From Myxococcota bacterium (GTDB lineage: Bacteria; Myxococcota; Myxococcia; Myxococcales; Myxococcaceae), in assembly GCA_049322255.1 (NCBI GenBank), contig JBMORE010000167.1, positions 1 to 64,000 on the forward strand: 64,000 nt of DNA, given 5' to 3'. The position numbers and the translations under genes are program-made. Under the pieces are notes generated by a model, which did not search any database, was not told the DNA's origin, and worked only from the letters and a program-made list of their open reading frames with translations. Below are positions 9,866-19,763 of this stretch, piece after piece. The stretch's first letter is position 1. Every line of letters begins with the position of its first letter.

Positions 9866-10035
9866 GAAGGGTGGGTCTTGGCAATGGCCGTACCGGCCCG
9901 CTCGTGGCTGTCTTGCCGGCGAAGGGCGCTCCAAGAGGAGAAGCCTGCTTCCACCGGAAAGGAAGCAGGTTGCCCAAGGTAAAGAATCTGCGCGGTCCAC
10001 TGGACAACACCCGGGTCAGTGGCTACCAGGAGCGT

Positions 10036-11334
10036 ATGCTTTCCGCGGGAGAGCGTGAGGCCGCCCGCGGGGTGCTGAGCGAGGCGCGGGAGCGCACCTT
10101 ATGCCTCGTCGACGGTCTGGACGACGAAGCGTTGTGCGCGCAGCACTCGGTGTTGATGGCGCCGATGGTCTGGGACCTCGCCCACGTCGCCAACTACGAG
10201 GAACAGTGGCTGGTGCGCGCGCTGGGGGGCGGTCGTCTGTGCACGAGCGAGGTCGACCGCCTGCACGACCCGATGCTGCACGCTCGCGCCGAGCGGGGCC
10301 GGCTTCCGCTCTTCACGGTGGTGCGCGCGAAGGCCTATCTCGCCCAGGTGCGTCGGTGCGCGCTCGAGCGTCTGGAGCTTCCCTCCAACGGAAAGGACGC
10401 CCGGCTTCTGCGGGGCGGCTTCGTCTACGGCATGGTGGCCCAGCACGAGCACCAACACGACGAGACGATGTTGGCCACGCTGCAGCTGATGGAGCGGTGG
10501 GGGTACCAGCCGCTCCCGCCGGCGCCGCTTTCCCCTTCGGTGAGCGCCCGGGGCGAAGTGTTCATCGAAGGAGGCCCGTTCGTGATGGGCACCGACGAGC
10601 TCCCTTGGGCCTACGACAACGAGCGGGGGGGCCACGAGGTGCAGGTGCCGCCCTTCTTCATCGACCGGGCACCGGTGACCAACGCCGAGTACGCCGAGTT
10701 CATCGAGGCCCGAGGTTATGAGGATCGACGGTGGTGGAGCCCAGAGGGTTGGAGCCATCGCTCCAGCGCCGGGCTGCAGGCGCCCCAGTTCTGGTTCCGC
10801 GCTGGCCGAAAGTGGCGCCGCCGCCGCTTCGCCGCCGTCGAAGAGGTGCCGCTCGACGAGCCGGTGCAGCACGTGTGCTGGTACGAGGCCGAGGCCTACG
10901 CGCGCTGGAAAGGCAAGCGGCTTCCCACCGAGGCCGAGTGGGAGAAGGCCGCCTCCTGGAGCCCCGAGGGTCGAAAGCGTTTCTACCCTTGGGGAGAGAC
11001 GCCACCGGACAAGACGCGCGCCAACCTAGGGCAGCGCCGGCACTCCCCCGCGCCGGTGGGGACCTACCCTGCGGGGGCGAGCGCCTACGGTTGTTTGCAG
11101 ATGTTGGGCGACGTGTGGGAGTGGACGTCTTCCAGCTTCGCGCCGTACCCCGCGTTCGAGGCCTTTCCCTACCGCGAGTACTCGGCGGTCTTCTTTGGGC
11201 CCAAGTACAAGGTGCTGCGCGGCGGCTCGTGGGCGACTCACCCGCTCGCCATCCGCACCACCTTCCGTAACTGGGACCTTCCCGTGCGCCGGCAAATCTT
11301 CAGTGGATTTCGCTGCGCGCACACCGTTTGCTAG
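10036..11334 (+). CDS. egtB: Ergothioneine biosynthesis sulfoxide synthase EgtB (DinB + FGE-sulfatase domains)
   Basis: QHSVLMAPMVWDLAHVANYEEQWL, iron-binding QHEHQH, RLPTEAEWEKAA, FRNWD..RRQIFSGFRCA; AGGAG before ATG 10036. Confidence 0.88.
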   Translation: MLSAGEREAARGVLSEARERTLCLVDGLDDEALCAQHSVLMAPMVWDLAHVANYEEQWLVRALGGGRLCTSEVDRLHDPMLHARAERGRLPLFTVVRAKAYLAQVRRCALERLELPSNGKDARLLRGGFVYGMVAQHEHQHDETMLATLQLMERWGYQPLPPAPLSPSVSARGEVFIEGGPFVMGTDELPWAYDNERGGHEVQVPPFFIDRAPVTNAEYAEFIEARGYEDRRWWSPEGWSHRSSAGLQAPQFWFRAGRKWRRRRFAAVEEVPLDEPVQHVCWYEAEAYARWKGKRLPTEAEWEKAASWSPEGRKRFYPWGETPPDKTRANLGQRRHSPAPVGTYPAGASAYGCLQMLGDVWEWTSSSFAPYPAFEAFPYREYSAVFFGPKYKVLRGGSWATHPLAIRTTFRNWDLPVRRQIFSGFRCAHTVC

Positions 11335-11345
11335 GCCACGTCACG

Positions 11346-13745
11346 GTGAGCCCAGAAAAAGAAGAAGCTCCCCTTGGGCTGACGAGCGCGGAGGCGGCGC
11401 GCCATCTTCAGGAGGCCGGCGCCAACGAGCTTCAACGGGAAAAGCCCACCCCGGCGTGGGTTCTCTTCGTCGCGCAATTCAAAAGCCCAGTGATTTGGCT
11501 CCTCGCCGGCGCGTGCGTGGTTTCGGCGATCCTGGGAGAGATTGCCGACGCCACGGCCATCGGAGCCATCGTCGTTCTCAACGCGCTGGTGGGCTTCTTT
11601 CAAGAGAGCCGGGCGGAGCGCGCCCTCTTGGCCCTGCGCTCGATGACCGCCCCGCGCGCTCGGGTGATGCGCGACGGAGCGCTGACGGTCATTGCCGCCG
11701 CCGAAGTCGTTCCCGACGACGTGCTCGTTCTCGAGGCAGGCGACATCATCGCCGCCGACGGCCGACTCCTCGAAGCGCATTCTCTCGAGGCCAACGAGGC
11801 TTCCCTGACGGGAGAGAGTGTTCCGGTGGCCAAAAACGCCGTGCTGGCCGCTGCCGATGTCCCTCTGGCGGAGCGAAAAGACCACGTCTTCATGGGCACC
11901 AGTGTGACCCGCGGCACCGCCACCGCCCGGGTCGTCGCCACCGGAATGCGGACGGAGCTGGGCAAGATTGCGCACCTTCTGACCACCGCGCAGGAAGAGC
12001 CGACCCCGCTCCAGCAGCACCTGGCGCGCGTGAGCCAGGTGCTCCTCTATTTGTGCCTGGGAATCGTCGCGGTGGTGGCGGCGGCAGGAATTCTTCGCAG
12101 CGTTCCGCTTTTCGATGTTTTCCTCTCGTCCGTCTCGCTGGCCGTGGCGGCGGTGCCCGAAGGGCTTCCGGCCATCGTCACCATCGCGCTGGCCGTGGGT
12201 GTTCAGCGAATGGCGGGACGGCACGTGCTCGTGCGCCGTCTGCCCGCGGTGGAAACGCTGGGGTGTGCGACGGTCATCTGCACCGACAAGACGGGAACGC
12301 TGACCACGGGTGTCATGAAGGTTCGGGAGATTTGGGGGCCGGACCACGCCCAGATTCTCGAAGCCGCGGCGGCGTGCTGCGACGCCGAGCTGGCTGAAGA
12401 CGGGCGGACGGGAGTAGGCGACCCCACCGAGGTAGCGCTGCTCGTCGCGGCCAAAGAGCGGGGCATCACCCGCGCCGACATCGAGCGGCGGCTGCCACGC
12501 GTTCAGGTGAATCCCTTCGACTCCGAGCGCAGGCGCATGTCGATTTTACGCTCCGACGGCCGGCTGTATGCCAAGGGCGCGGTGGAGGTGATGCTCGCGC
12601 GTTGTACCGAGGGCACGGAAGGTGCGGTCGCGGCCAACGCGCAAATGGCGGCCCGTGGCCTGCGCGTGCTGGCGGTGGCGGTGGGAGAGAAACCCGAAGA
12701 GGAACGAATGCGTCTTCTCGGGTTGGTGGGCATCGCCGACCCGCCGCGGCTGGAGGCCATCGAAGCCGTCGCGCAAGCACGCTCCGCCGGCATCCACACG
12801 GTGATGATTACCGGGGACCACCCGGTGACCGCCCGCGCCATCGCGACGGAGCTGGGCATCGTCGGGCCTGGCGAGCAGCCTGAAGAGCTCGTTCATGCAC
12901 GGGCGACGGCGGAGGACAAGCTGCACATCGTCCGCCGCTGGAAGGCTCGGGGAGACGTCGTCGCCATGACCGGCGATGGGGTGAACGACGCTCCCGCGCT
13001 GCGCGAGGCGCACATCGGCGTGGCGATGGGCAAGACCGGAACCGAGGTCACCCGCGAGGCGGCCGACATGGTGCTCACCGACGACAACTTCGCCAGCATC
13101 GTCGCCGCCGTGCGCGAGGGGCGCGGCATCTTCGACAACATTCGTAAGACCCTGGTCTACCTTCTCGCCGGAAACGCCGCCGAGCTTGCCGTCATGTTCG
13201 TCGCCGCGGTCGCGGGGCTCCCGCTTCCGCTGCTGCCCCTCCACCTGTTGTGGATCAATCTCGTCACTGACGGGCTGCCCGCGCTCGCGCTCGTCATCGA
13301 CCCGCCCGAGCACGACGTGCTTTCCCGGCCTCCACGACGTCTTGCCGAAGCAATGCTCGGCAGACCTGAGTGGCGAACGATCGCGTTCACCGGAATGTTG
13401 CAGACCGTGGTGAGCCTGACGGTGTTCGTCTGGGCGCTCCAGACGCGCAACCTCGAGGAAGCGAGAAACCTCACCTTCTCTACCCTGGTCTTCGGCGAGC
13501 TCTTGCGGTCGTTCGCCGCGCGCAGCCCCCGGCGGCTCTTCTGGGAGGTGGGGGCGTTCACCAATTTGCAGCTTCTGGGTGTGGTGGTTGTCTCGCTCCT
13601 CGTGCAGCTGGGGATTCACCACATTCCCGCAACCCAGGCGCTGTTTCAGATTGGTGCGCTCTCCCTGGGCGACTGCGCTCTCACCCTCACCTTAGGGCTC
13701 ATTCCGGTGACGGTGCTCGAGCTTCACAAGCTCGCGCGGCGCTGA
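11346..13745 (+). CDS. Cation-transporting P-type ATPase, type II (Ca2+-like)
   Basis: TGES, PEGL, DKTGT, TGD, GDGVND, LWINLVTDG motifs; start uncertain. Confidence 0.93.
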   Translation: MSPEKEEAPLGLTSAEAARHLQEAGANELQREKPTPAWVLFVAQFKSPVIWLLAGACVVSAILGEIADATAIGAIVVLNALVGFFQESRAERALLALRSMTAPRARVMRDGALTVIAAAEVVPDDVLVLEAGDIIAADGRLLEAHSLEANEASLTGESVPVAKNAVLAAADVPLAERKDHVFMGTSVTRGTATARVVATGMRTELGKIAHLLTTAQEEPTPLQQHLARVSQVLLYLCLGIVAVVAAAGILRSVPLFDVFLSSVSLAVAAVPEGLPAIVTIALAVGVQRMAGRHVLVRRLPAVETLGCATVICTDKTGTLTTGVMKVREIWGPDHAQILEAAAACCDAELAEDGRTGVGDPTEVALLVAAKERGITRADIERRLPRVQVNPFDSERRRMSILRSDGRLYAKGAVEVMLARCTEGTEGAVAANAQMAARGLRVLAVAVGEKPEEERMRLLGLVGIADPPRLEAIEAVAQARSAGIHTVMITGDHPVTARAIATELGIVGPGEQPEELVHARATAEDKLHIVRRWKARGDVVAMTGDGVNDAPALREAHIGVAMGKTGTEVTREAADMVLTDDNFASIVAAVREGRGIFDNIRKTLVYLLAGNAAELAVMFVAAVAGLPLPLLPLHLLWINLVTDGLPALALVIDPPEHDVLSRPPRRLAEAMLGRPEWRTIAFTGMLQTVVSLTVFVWALQTRNLEEARNLTFSTLVFGELLRSFAARSPRRLFWEVGAFTNLQLLGVVVVSLLVQLGIHHIPATQALFQIGALSLGDCALTLTLGLIPVTVLELHKLARR

Positions 13746-13928
13746 ACGCGAGGGAAAAATTTTCGCCTGTTGGCTTCGATTCCGTTCTTTTTTGCAGCTT
13801 CCGACCGCGTGCCTCCCTGAGCTCGCTTGTACTTCGGGCCGGCACGCTTCCTGAAAATATGGTGTGCCGGCTTCCGGCGGTGCCCGGGACGACGTCGTTG
13901 GCCATTCGACACTCTCGGAGCGCAAAGG

Positions 13929-15197
13929 ATGAGCGCAGCGGCCACATGCTTCGAGGTGCTTGGCCGAGTGGTCTTCCTGCTTCCGTTGTGCACGCCCGTT
14001 TCCCTTTGGGCTCAGACCGCCGAGCTGCCCTCGCCGTTGCGCCTCGAAGACGTTCCGCGCCTCGCCCGTGAACGTCGGGCCGAAGTGGCTGCCGCCAAAG
14101 CAAGAGCGGTGGGGACGGCACAGCGCCCGGCCACCGTCTCGGCGCTGGAGGATCCGATGGTTTCTCCGTCGGTCGACCACTGGCCGTTTGGAATGCCAGC
14201 GGCGGATGTGAGCCTTGGCATCGAGCAGCGCTTTCCGCTCTCGGGTATTCGCGGTCACCGACGGCGCGCGGCCGAGGCGGAGTTTCAGCGCGTCCGTGCC
14301 GAAGTTGATCAAGTGGGCCTGGACGTCGAGCTCGATGCCACCAGCGCCTTCCTCATGCTCGAGGAACGTCGGCAAAGCGAGGTGATTCTCGAGGAACAGC
14401 GCGCGCTGGCGGTGCAATTCGTTCGCGCCGCCACGGCTCGGTACGCGGCAGGAACAGGGGCGCAAGCCGACGTCTTGCGGGCGCAAATCGAAGTCGCCCG
14501 CCTCGAGGGTGCGTTGCGCTCGATTGCCGCCGAGGTACGGGCAGCAGAGGCGATGCTGAACACGAGCCTTGGCCAGCCGGCGACCGCTGCCCTTCCTCCG
14601 CTGGACAGTTCCGTTGCGCTGACGCCTCCTTCTGACGCCAGGGCAGTGCGCGACGCGGCTTTTTCGCGACGGCCAGAGTTGAGGGCGGGCCTGGCCGAGG
14701 TGAGCCGCGCGCAAGCCGAAGTGTCGGTCATGCAGTCGATGTATTCCCCCATGGCGGTGGTGCGAACTGGTCCTGCGTCCACCATGGCAGAGGGGGTCGG
14801 ATGGATGCTGATGGTGGGTATCAGCGTCCCCATCTGGCGGGAACGCCTTCGTGCCGGAGTGGCTGAGGCGGAGGCGATGGTGAAGATGGCCGAGGCAGAC
14901 CTCGAGGCCATGCGAAGGATGGTCGACGGAGACGCGGTGGCCTCGCGAGAGCAGGTGCTTGCGGCGAGGGAGCGACTCATCGCGCTCAAGGATGAAGTCG
15001 TTCCGCGCGCGAAGCAGGCCATCGACCCAACCTTGGCGGGCTATGCCGCCGGCCAGGTTCCGCTCGTCAGCGTCATCGAAGCTGCCCAGGCTCTTTGGTC
15101 GGCCCAGGCAGAGCTCGTGATGGCTCAATTCAGCCTCGGTGTTGCCTGGGCACGGTTCCGGCGCGCCGTCGGGGGAGGAGGAGCTTCACCGCCATGA
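13929..15197 (+). CDS. TolC-family outer-membrane efflux protein (CusC-like)
   Basis: Helical OEP repeats (ARYAAG..QADVLRAQIE; YAAGQVPLVSVIEA); first gene of an RND operon. Confidence 0.88.
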   Translation: MSAAATCFEVLGRVVFLLPLCTPVSLWAQTAELPSPLRLEDVPRLARERRAEVAAAKARAVGTAQRPATVSALEDPMVSPSVDHWPFGMPAADVSLGIEQRFPLSGIRGHRRRAAEAEFQRVRAEVDQVGLDVELDATSAFLMLEERRQSEVILEEQRALAVQFVRAATARYAAGTGAQADVLRAQIEVARLEGALRSIAAEVRAAEAMLNTSLGQPATAALPPLDSSVALTPPSDARAVRDAAFSRRPELRAGLAEVSRAQAEVSVMQSMYSPMAVVRTGPASTMAEGVGWMLMVGISVPIWRERLRAGVAEAEAMVKMAEADLEAMRRMVDGDAVASREQVLAARERLIALKDEVVPRAKQAIDPTLAGYAAGQVPLVSVIEAAQALWSAQAELVMAQFSLGVAWARFRRAVGGGGASPP

Positions 15198-16348
15198 GGA
15201 ACGTGTTCGTCGCGTTTCTTGGGGCGCTCCTGGTGGCGGCGATGGGTTCTCAATGCCAGAGAGCTCCTGCGGCCACCGCCGCTGCGAGCGATGTACACGG
15301 CGCCCACGGGCCGTCGAAGTCCATGGACACGCCGATGCCAGCCGATGCCGGCCCGGTGGGCTACGCCCCCGTTTCGATTGCCCCGGACCAAGCAGTGGCC
15401 ATGCGGCTGGCGACGACTCCGGTCGAGCAGCGCGACTTCGTCAAAACCCTGCGCACGGTGGGCATCATCGCGCTGGACGAGACGCGGACCGCGCACGTGC
15501 ACTCGAAGGTGCGCGGCTGGATTGACGGCATCCACGTCGACTTCGTCGGCCGCGCGGTGCGATCCGGAGAGGTCCTCTGCTCCTTCTACAGCCAAGACGT
15601 CTATTCGGCCGAAGTGGAGCTCGTCTCTCTTCTGGCCACAGCTTCAGCGGAGCAAGACGTGCTGTTGGAAGCGGCGCGAAGGCGGCTGGCGCTCTGGGAT
15701 GTGCCAAAGAGCGAAATCGCCAGGCTCGAACGAACACGAGAGCCCCGCAGAACCTTTCCTCTCCTGGCGCCGGTTGCGGGTGTCGTGGTGGCAAAACAGG
15801 CGCTCGACGGAATGTTCGTCGACCCTTCCGTCGAGCTGTACACCCTCTCCGACCTTTCGCGCGTCTGGGTGCTGGTCGATGTCTACGAGGCGGATGTTCC
15901 CCACGTCCGTCTGGGAGACAAGGTTCTCCTGAGGGTTGAAGGGCAGAAATCATCGGTGGAGGCACGGGTGTCCTTCTTGCCCCCGACGCTCGACGAGGCC
16001 ACTCGAACGCGGAAAGTTCGACTCGACCTCGCCAACCCGGAGCACCGGTTTCTTCCGGGCGCCTTCGTCAACGCCCAAATGGAAGTGCCGATGGGGAGCG
16101 GGCTGGCGATTCCCGAGAGCGCGGTCATCCGCACGGGGACTCGCGCCATTGTCTTTGTCGCTCATGGCGAGCAAGGCCTGCACCTCGAGCCGCGAGAAGT
16201 GACGCTCGGGCCGCTCGTGGCCGACCACTACCGCGTGGACGAGGGGCTCTCCGCCGGCGAGCGCGTGGCGACGGGCGCGCAGTTCCTCATCGATTCAGAG
16301 AGTCGTCTGCGCGCCACGAGCGAGGGGGAAGGCGTTCATGGCCACTGA
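15194..16348 (+). CDS. cusB: Heavy-metal RND periplasmic adaptor (CusB-like)
   Basis: GWID..VDFVG, APVAGVV, DLSRVWV..DVYE, GLSAGERVATGAQFLIDSES; ATGA overlap with the upstream gene. Confidence 0.9.
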   Translation: MRNVFVAFLGALLVAAMGSQCQRAPAATAAASDVHGAHGPSKSMDTPMPADAGPVGYAPVSIAPDQAVAMRLATTPVEQRDFVKTLRTVGIIALDETRTAHVHSKVRGWIDGIHVDFVGRAVRSGEVLCSFYSQDVYSAEVELVSLLATASAEQDVLLEAARRRLALWDVPKSEIARLERTREPRRTFPLLAPVAGVVVAKQALDGMFVDPSVELYTLSDLSRVWVLVDVYEADVPHVRLGDKVLLRVEGQKSSVEARVSFLPPTLDEATRTRKVRLDLANPEHRFLPGAFVNAQMEVPMGSGLAIPESAVIRTGTRAIVFVAHGEQGLHLEPREVTLGPLVADHYRVDEGLSAGERVATGAQFLIDSESRLRATSEGEGVHGH

Positions 16349-19300
16349 AGGCCCCATCGCCAAAGTGATCGACTTCTCCTCGAGGAAGCGCTTCATGGTG
16401 TTTCTGGCCGTCGCCGGCCTCGCCGCCTGGGGAGCGTGGAGCGCTCAGAATGCCCAGCTCGACGCCCTTCCCGACCTCTCGGACACGCAAGTCATCGTCG
16501 CCACCGAGTGGATGGGGCGAAACCCCACGCTCATCGAGAACCAAGTCACCTATCCCATCGTCACCACCTTCTTGGGAGCGCCCAACATCAAGACGGTGCG
16601 TGGCTTCACGATGTTCGGGATGTCCTTCGTGTACATCATCTTCGAAGACGGCACCGACCTCTACTGGGCGCGTTCGCGGGTCATCGAATACCTCGCCAAG
16701 GTGCAGGGCCAGCTCCCCGAGGGAGTGACGCCCCAAATCGGCCCCGATGCGACGAGCGTGGGCTGGGTTTTTCAGTACGCCCTGGTGGACGAGGGCGGAG
16801 AGCAGAACCTGCAAACACTCCGTGCTTTCCAAGACTGGTCGCTTCGCTACTGGCTGCAGAGCGTCGAGGGTGTGGCCGAGGTCGCCAGCGTGGGCGGCTT
16901 CGAAAAGGAGTACCAAATTCAAGTCGACCCGGTGCGCATGAAGGCGCTCAACATCTCGGTGGGGCAAATCGCCGCTGCGGTGAGAGGCGCCAACGTCGAG
17001 GTGGGCGGACGGGTCGTCGAGATGTCGCAGCACGAGTACGCGCTGCGTGGCCGCGGATACGTCACCGACAAGAAGCACCTGGAATTGGCGGTCGTCGCGA
17101 CCGATTCACGGGGAACTCCGATTCGCATCCGCGACGCTGCCGACGTGACGGTGGGCGGGAACATCCGGCGCGGGCTGGTGGACCTGGATGGCCAAGGCGA
17201 AGTGGTGGGCGGAATCGTGGTGATGCGCGCGGGCGAGAACGCGCTCAAGGTCATTTCGCGGGTGAAAGCCAAGCTCGAGGAGGTCAAAGACGCACTGCCC
17301 CAAGGCGTGAAAATCGTGCCGGTGTACGACCGGAGTCAGCTCATCAAGGACTCGGTCTCGACGCTCACCACCAACCTTTTGCAGATTCTCGCCATCATCA
17401 TCCTCGTCATTTCCGTCTTCTTGTTCCATTTTCGCTCCGCCATCGTGGCGGCGATTACGCTCCCGGCGGCGACGGCAGCGACCTTCGTCACGTTCTATTA
17501 CCTGGACATCACCATCAACATCATGTCCCTGGCCGGAGTCATTCTGGCGCTCGGGGACATGGTGGATTCGGCGTGCGTGCTGGTGGAAAACGCGCACAAG
17601 AAAATTGCGGAAGCGCAGCGCACGGGAAGCAAGGTCGAGCGGAAAGAGTTGGTCATCGCCTCCGCGCGCGAGCTGGGGCCGTCGATGTTTGGCGCCTTGC
17701 TCGTGCTGACCATCGCCTTTCTGCCAGTGTTCGCGCTTGAGGGAGAAGAGGGGCGTCTCTTCCGTCCTCTGGCGCTCGCCAAGACGTTCTCGATGGCGTT
17801 CGCGTCTGTCTTCGCGGTGACGCTGGTGCCGGCGCTGATGGTCACGTTTCTCAAGGGCAAAATCACCCCGGAAGAGAAGAACCCCGTCAACCGGGCCTGC
17901 ATGGCGGCGTACCGGCCTGTCCTCAGCGCGTGTTTGAAGGGGCGCTATTTCCTCATCGTGCTGGTTCTTGCCGTGTTGGCGCTGACGGCTGTTCCCTTCT
18001 TGCGTCTGGGCTCTGAGTTCATGCCTCCGCTTTTTGAGGAAGATTTGCTCTACATGCCCATCACCGTGCCCGGCATCTCGGTGGCAGAGGCGAAACGTCT
18101 GCTCACGTGGCAGGACCGACAGATTCGCCAGGTGCCGGAGGTGGAGCTCGTTTTTGGAAAGACGGGGCGGGCGGAGACATCTCTCGACCCGGCTCCGCTG
18201 TCGATGTTCGAAACCATCGTTCGCCTCAAACCCAAGGATCAGTGGCGCGAGGGAATGACGGTCGAGCGCGTCATCGCCGAGCTCGACGAACGCACCAAGC
18301 TGCCGGGTGTGCAGGGCGCATGGACGATGCCCATCAAGGCGCGCATCGACATGCTTTCGACCGGCATTCGCACGCCCATCGGCATCAAGGTGTTCGGGCA
18401 AGACCTCGAGATCATCACTCGAATCAACGACCAGCTGGAGCGAAGCCTGCGCATGCTTCCCCATACGCGCAGCGTGTATGCCGAGCGCGAGCTGGGCGGC
18501 TTTTTCCTCGACGTCACGCCCGACCGCGAGGCCATCGCCAGGTACGGGCTGACCGTGCGTGAGGTGCTCGATGTCGTCGAGAGCACCATCGGCGGCATGG
18601 ATGTCACCACCACCTACGAGGGGCGAGAGCGCTACCGCGCGAACGTGCGCTACCCTCGCGAGCTGCGCGACGACCTCGAGGCACTGCGAAACGTTTGGGT
18701 GCCCATTTCTCCCCTGTCTCCGCGGCCGCTCCCTGCCGGGCCGCTCGCGTCTGCGTCGACCATGAGCGCGGCGACGCCCACTGCCCAGGCGATGGGTGCA
18801 GGTGCGATGGCGCAGCTCGGCGGCGGAGGAATGGGGGCGGGAATGTCTTCGCCCGCTGCTCCGATGGCGGGCCCCAGCATGGCCGGCGGAATGGGGAGCC
18901 AGAGCATGGGCGCGGGCGGAACAGCTGCTCCGAGCCTGCCGGTCGCGTCAGGCGTCACCGCTTCCTTCGTGACGTTGGGTCAGCTGGCGCGCATCGAGAC
19001 GGTAATGGGGCCTCCGATGATCAAGAGCGAGATGGGTTTGCTCTCCGGGTGGATTTACGTCGACATCGACACCGACGACGTCGGCGGCTACGTAGCGGCG
19101 GCCAAGGAGATGGTGGAACGGGAGGTGAAGATTCCGCCGGGGTACTTCCTCAAGTGGACTGGGCAGTACGAATTCCTGGAGCGCGTTCGCGAGAGGCTGA
19201 CGTGGATTCTTCCGCTCACCCTCGGAATCGTCTTCTTCATTCTCTACACCAATTTCAAGGGCGTCGCCCAAACGCTGATCGTCATGACGGGTGTGCCCTT

Positions 19301-19751
19301 CGCCGCCGTCGGCGCCATCTGGACGCTCTGGTTGATGCGCTTCAACACCTCCATCGCCGTATGGGTGGGGATGATTGCCCTCCTGGGGGTCGCCGCCGAG
19401 ACCGCCAGCGTGATGGTCGTCTACCTCGACGACGCCTGGAACGAGGGGCGCTCCAACGGGTCGATTCGGACGGTGTCGAGACTTGTCGATGCATCGTTCG
19501 AGGCCGCGACCAAACGTGTCCGGCCGATGCTGATGACAGTGATGAGCAACGTCTTCGGACTGCTCCCCATCCTGCTCGACAGGGGGGTCGGCTCCGACGT
19601 TGCCAAGCGCATTGCGGCGCCGATGTGGGGAGGCCTCGTGTCGCTGACCGTCCTCACCCTCCTGGTCGTTCCAGCGGTCTACGTCGTCTGGCGCAGCTTC
19701 CAGCTTCGCCGAGAAGAACAACCTTCGAGCGGTGGGCCACCTGAGCTATAG
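16338..19751 (+). CDS. cusA: CusA/SilA-type Cu(I)/Ag(I) RND efflux permease
   Basis: LDALPDLSDTQVIV, GPDATSVGWVFQY; three Met at positions matching the CusA metal site (LLYMP, PLSMFET, IDMLSTG); KRIAAPM. Confidence 0.95.
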   Translation: MATEGPIAKVIDFSSRKRFMVFLAVAGLAAWGAWSAQNAQLDALPDLSDTQVIVATEWMGRNPTLIENQVTYPIVTTFLGAPNIKTVRGFTMFGMSFVYIIFEDGTDLYWARSRVIEYLAKVQGQLPEGVTPQIGPDATSVGWVFQYALVDEGGEQNLQTLRAFQDWSLRYWLQSVEGVAEVASVGGFEKEYQIQVDPVRMKALNISVGQIAAAVRGANVEVGGRVVEMSQHEYALRGRGYVTDKKHLELAVVATDSRGTPIRIRDAADVTVGGNIRRGLVDLDGQGEVVGGIVVMRAGENALKVISRVKAKLEEVKDALPQGVKIVPVYDRSQLIKDSVSTLTTNLLQILAIIILVISVFLFHFRSAIVAAITLPAATAATFVTFYYLDITINIMSLAGVILALGDMVDSACVLVENAHKKIAEAQRTGSKVERKELVIASARELGPSMFGALLVLTIAFLPVFALEGEEGRLFRPLALAKTFSMAFASVFAVTLVPALMVTFLKGKITPEEKNPVNRACMAAYRPVLSACLKGRYFLIVLVLAVLALTAVPFLRLGSEFMPPLFEEDLLYMPITVPGISVAEAKRLLTWQDRQIRQVPEVELVFGKTGRAETSLDPAPLSMFETIVRLKPKDQWREGMTVERVIAELDERTKLPGVQGAWTMPIKARIDMLSTGIRTPIGIKVFGQDLEIITRINDQLERSLRMLPHTRSVYAERELGGFFLDVTPDREAIARYGLTVREVLDVVESTIGGMDVTTTYEGRERYRANVRYPRELRDDLEALRNVWVPISPLSPRPLPAGPLASASTMSAATPTAQAMGAGAMAQLGGGGMGAGMSSPAAPMAGPSMAGGMGSQSMGAGGTAAPSLPVASGVTASFVTLGQLARIETVMGPPMIKSEMGLLSGWIYVDIDTDDVGGYVAAAKEMVEREVKIPPGYFLKWTGQYEFLERVRERLTWILPLTLGIVFFILYTNFKGVAQTLIVMTGVPFAAVGAIWTLWLMRFNTSIAVWVGMIALLGVAAETASVMVVYLDDAWNEGRSNGSIRTVSRLVDASFEAATKRVRPMLMTVMSNVFGLLPILLDRGVGSDVAKRIAAPMWGGLVSLTVLTLLVVPAVYVVWRSFQLRREEQPSSGGPPEL

Positions 19752-19763
19752 GCCACAGCGGAC

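Noticed and set aside
7743..10010. Long alternative-frame and antisense ORFs (e.g. 7743-10010, 185-1426, 30556-32490, 43505-45019)
   Set aside because: Arg/Pro/Gly/Ala-rich shadow ORFs expected in high-GC DNA; they overlap genes with clear family motifs.
10036..11334. Selenoneine synthase SenA, or a DGR target because of the FGE-sulfatase domain
   Set aside because: Motifs fit EgtB, no senB/selD is adjacent, and there is no template repeat or RT.
13840..13855. Sigma-54 promoter upstream of the cus operon (CGGCACG-CTTC-CTGAA)
   Set aside because: The -24 element fits but the -12 GC is GA; too weak to call without TSS data.
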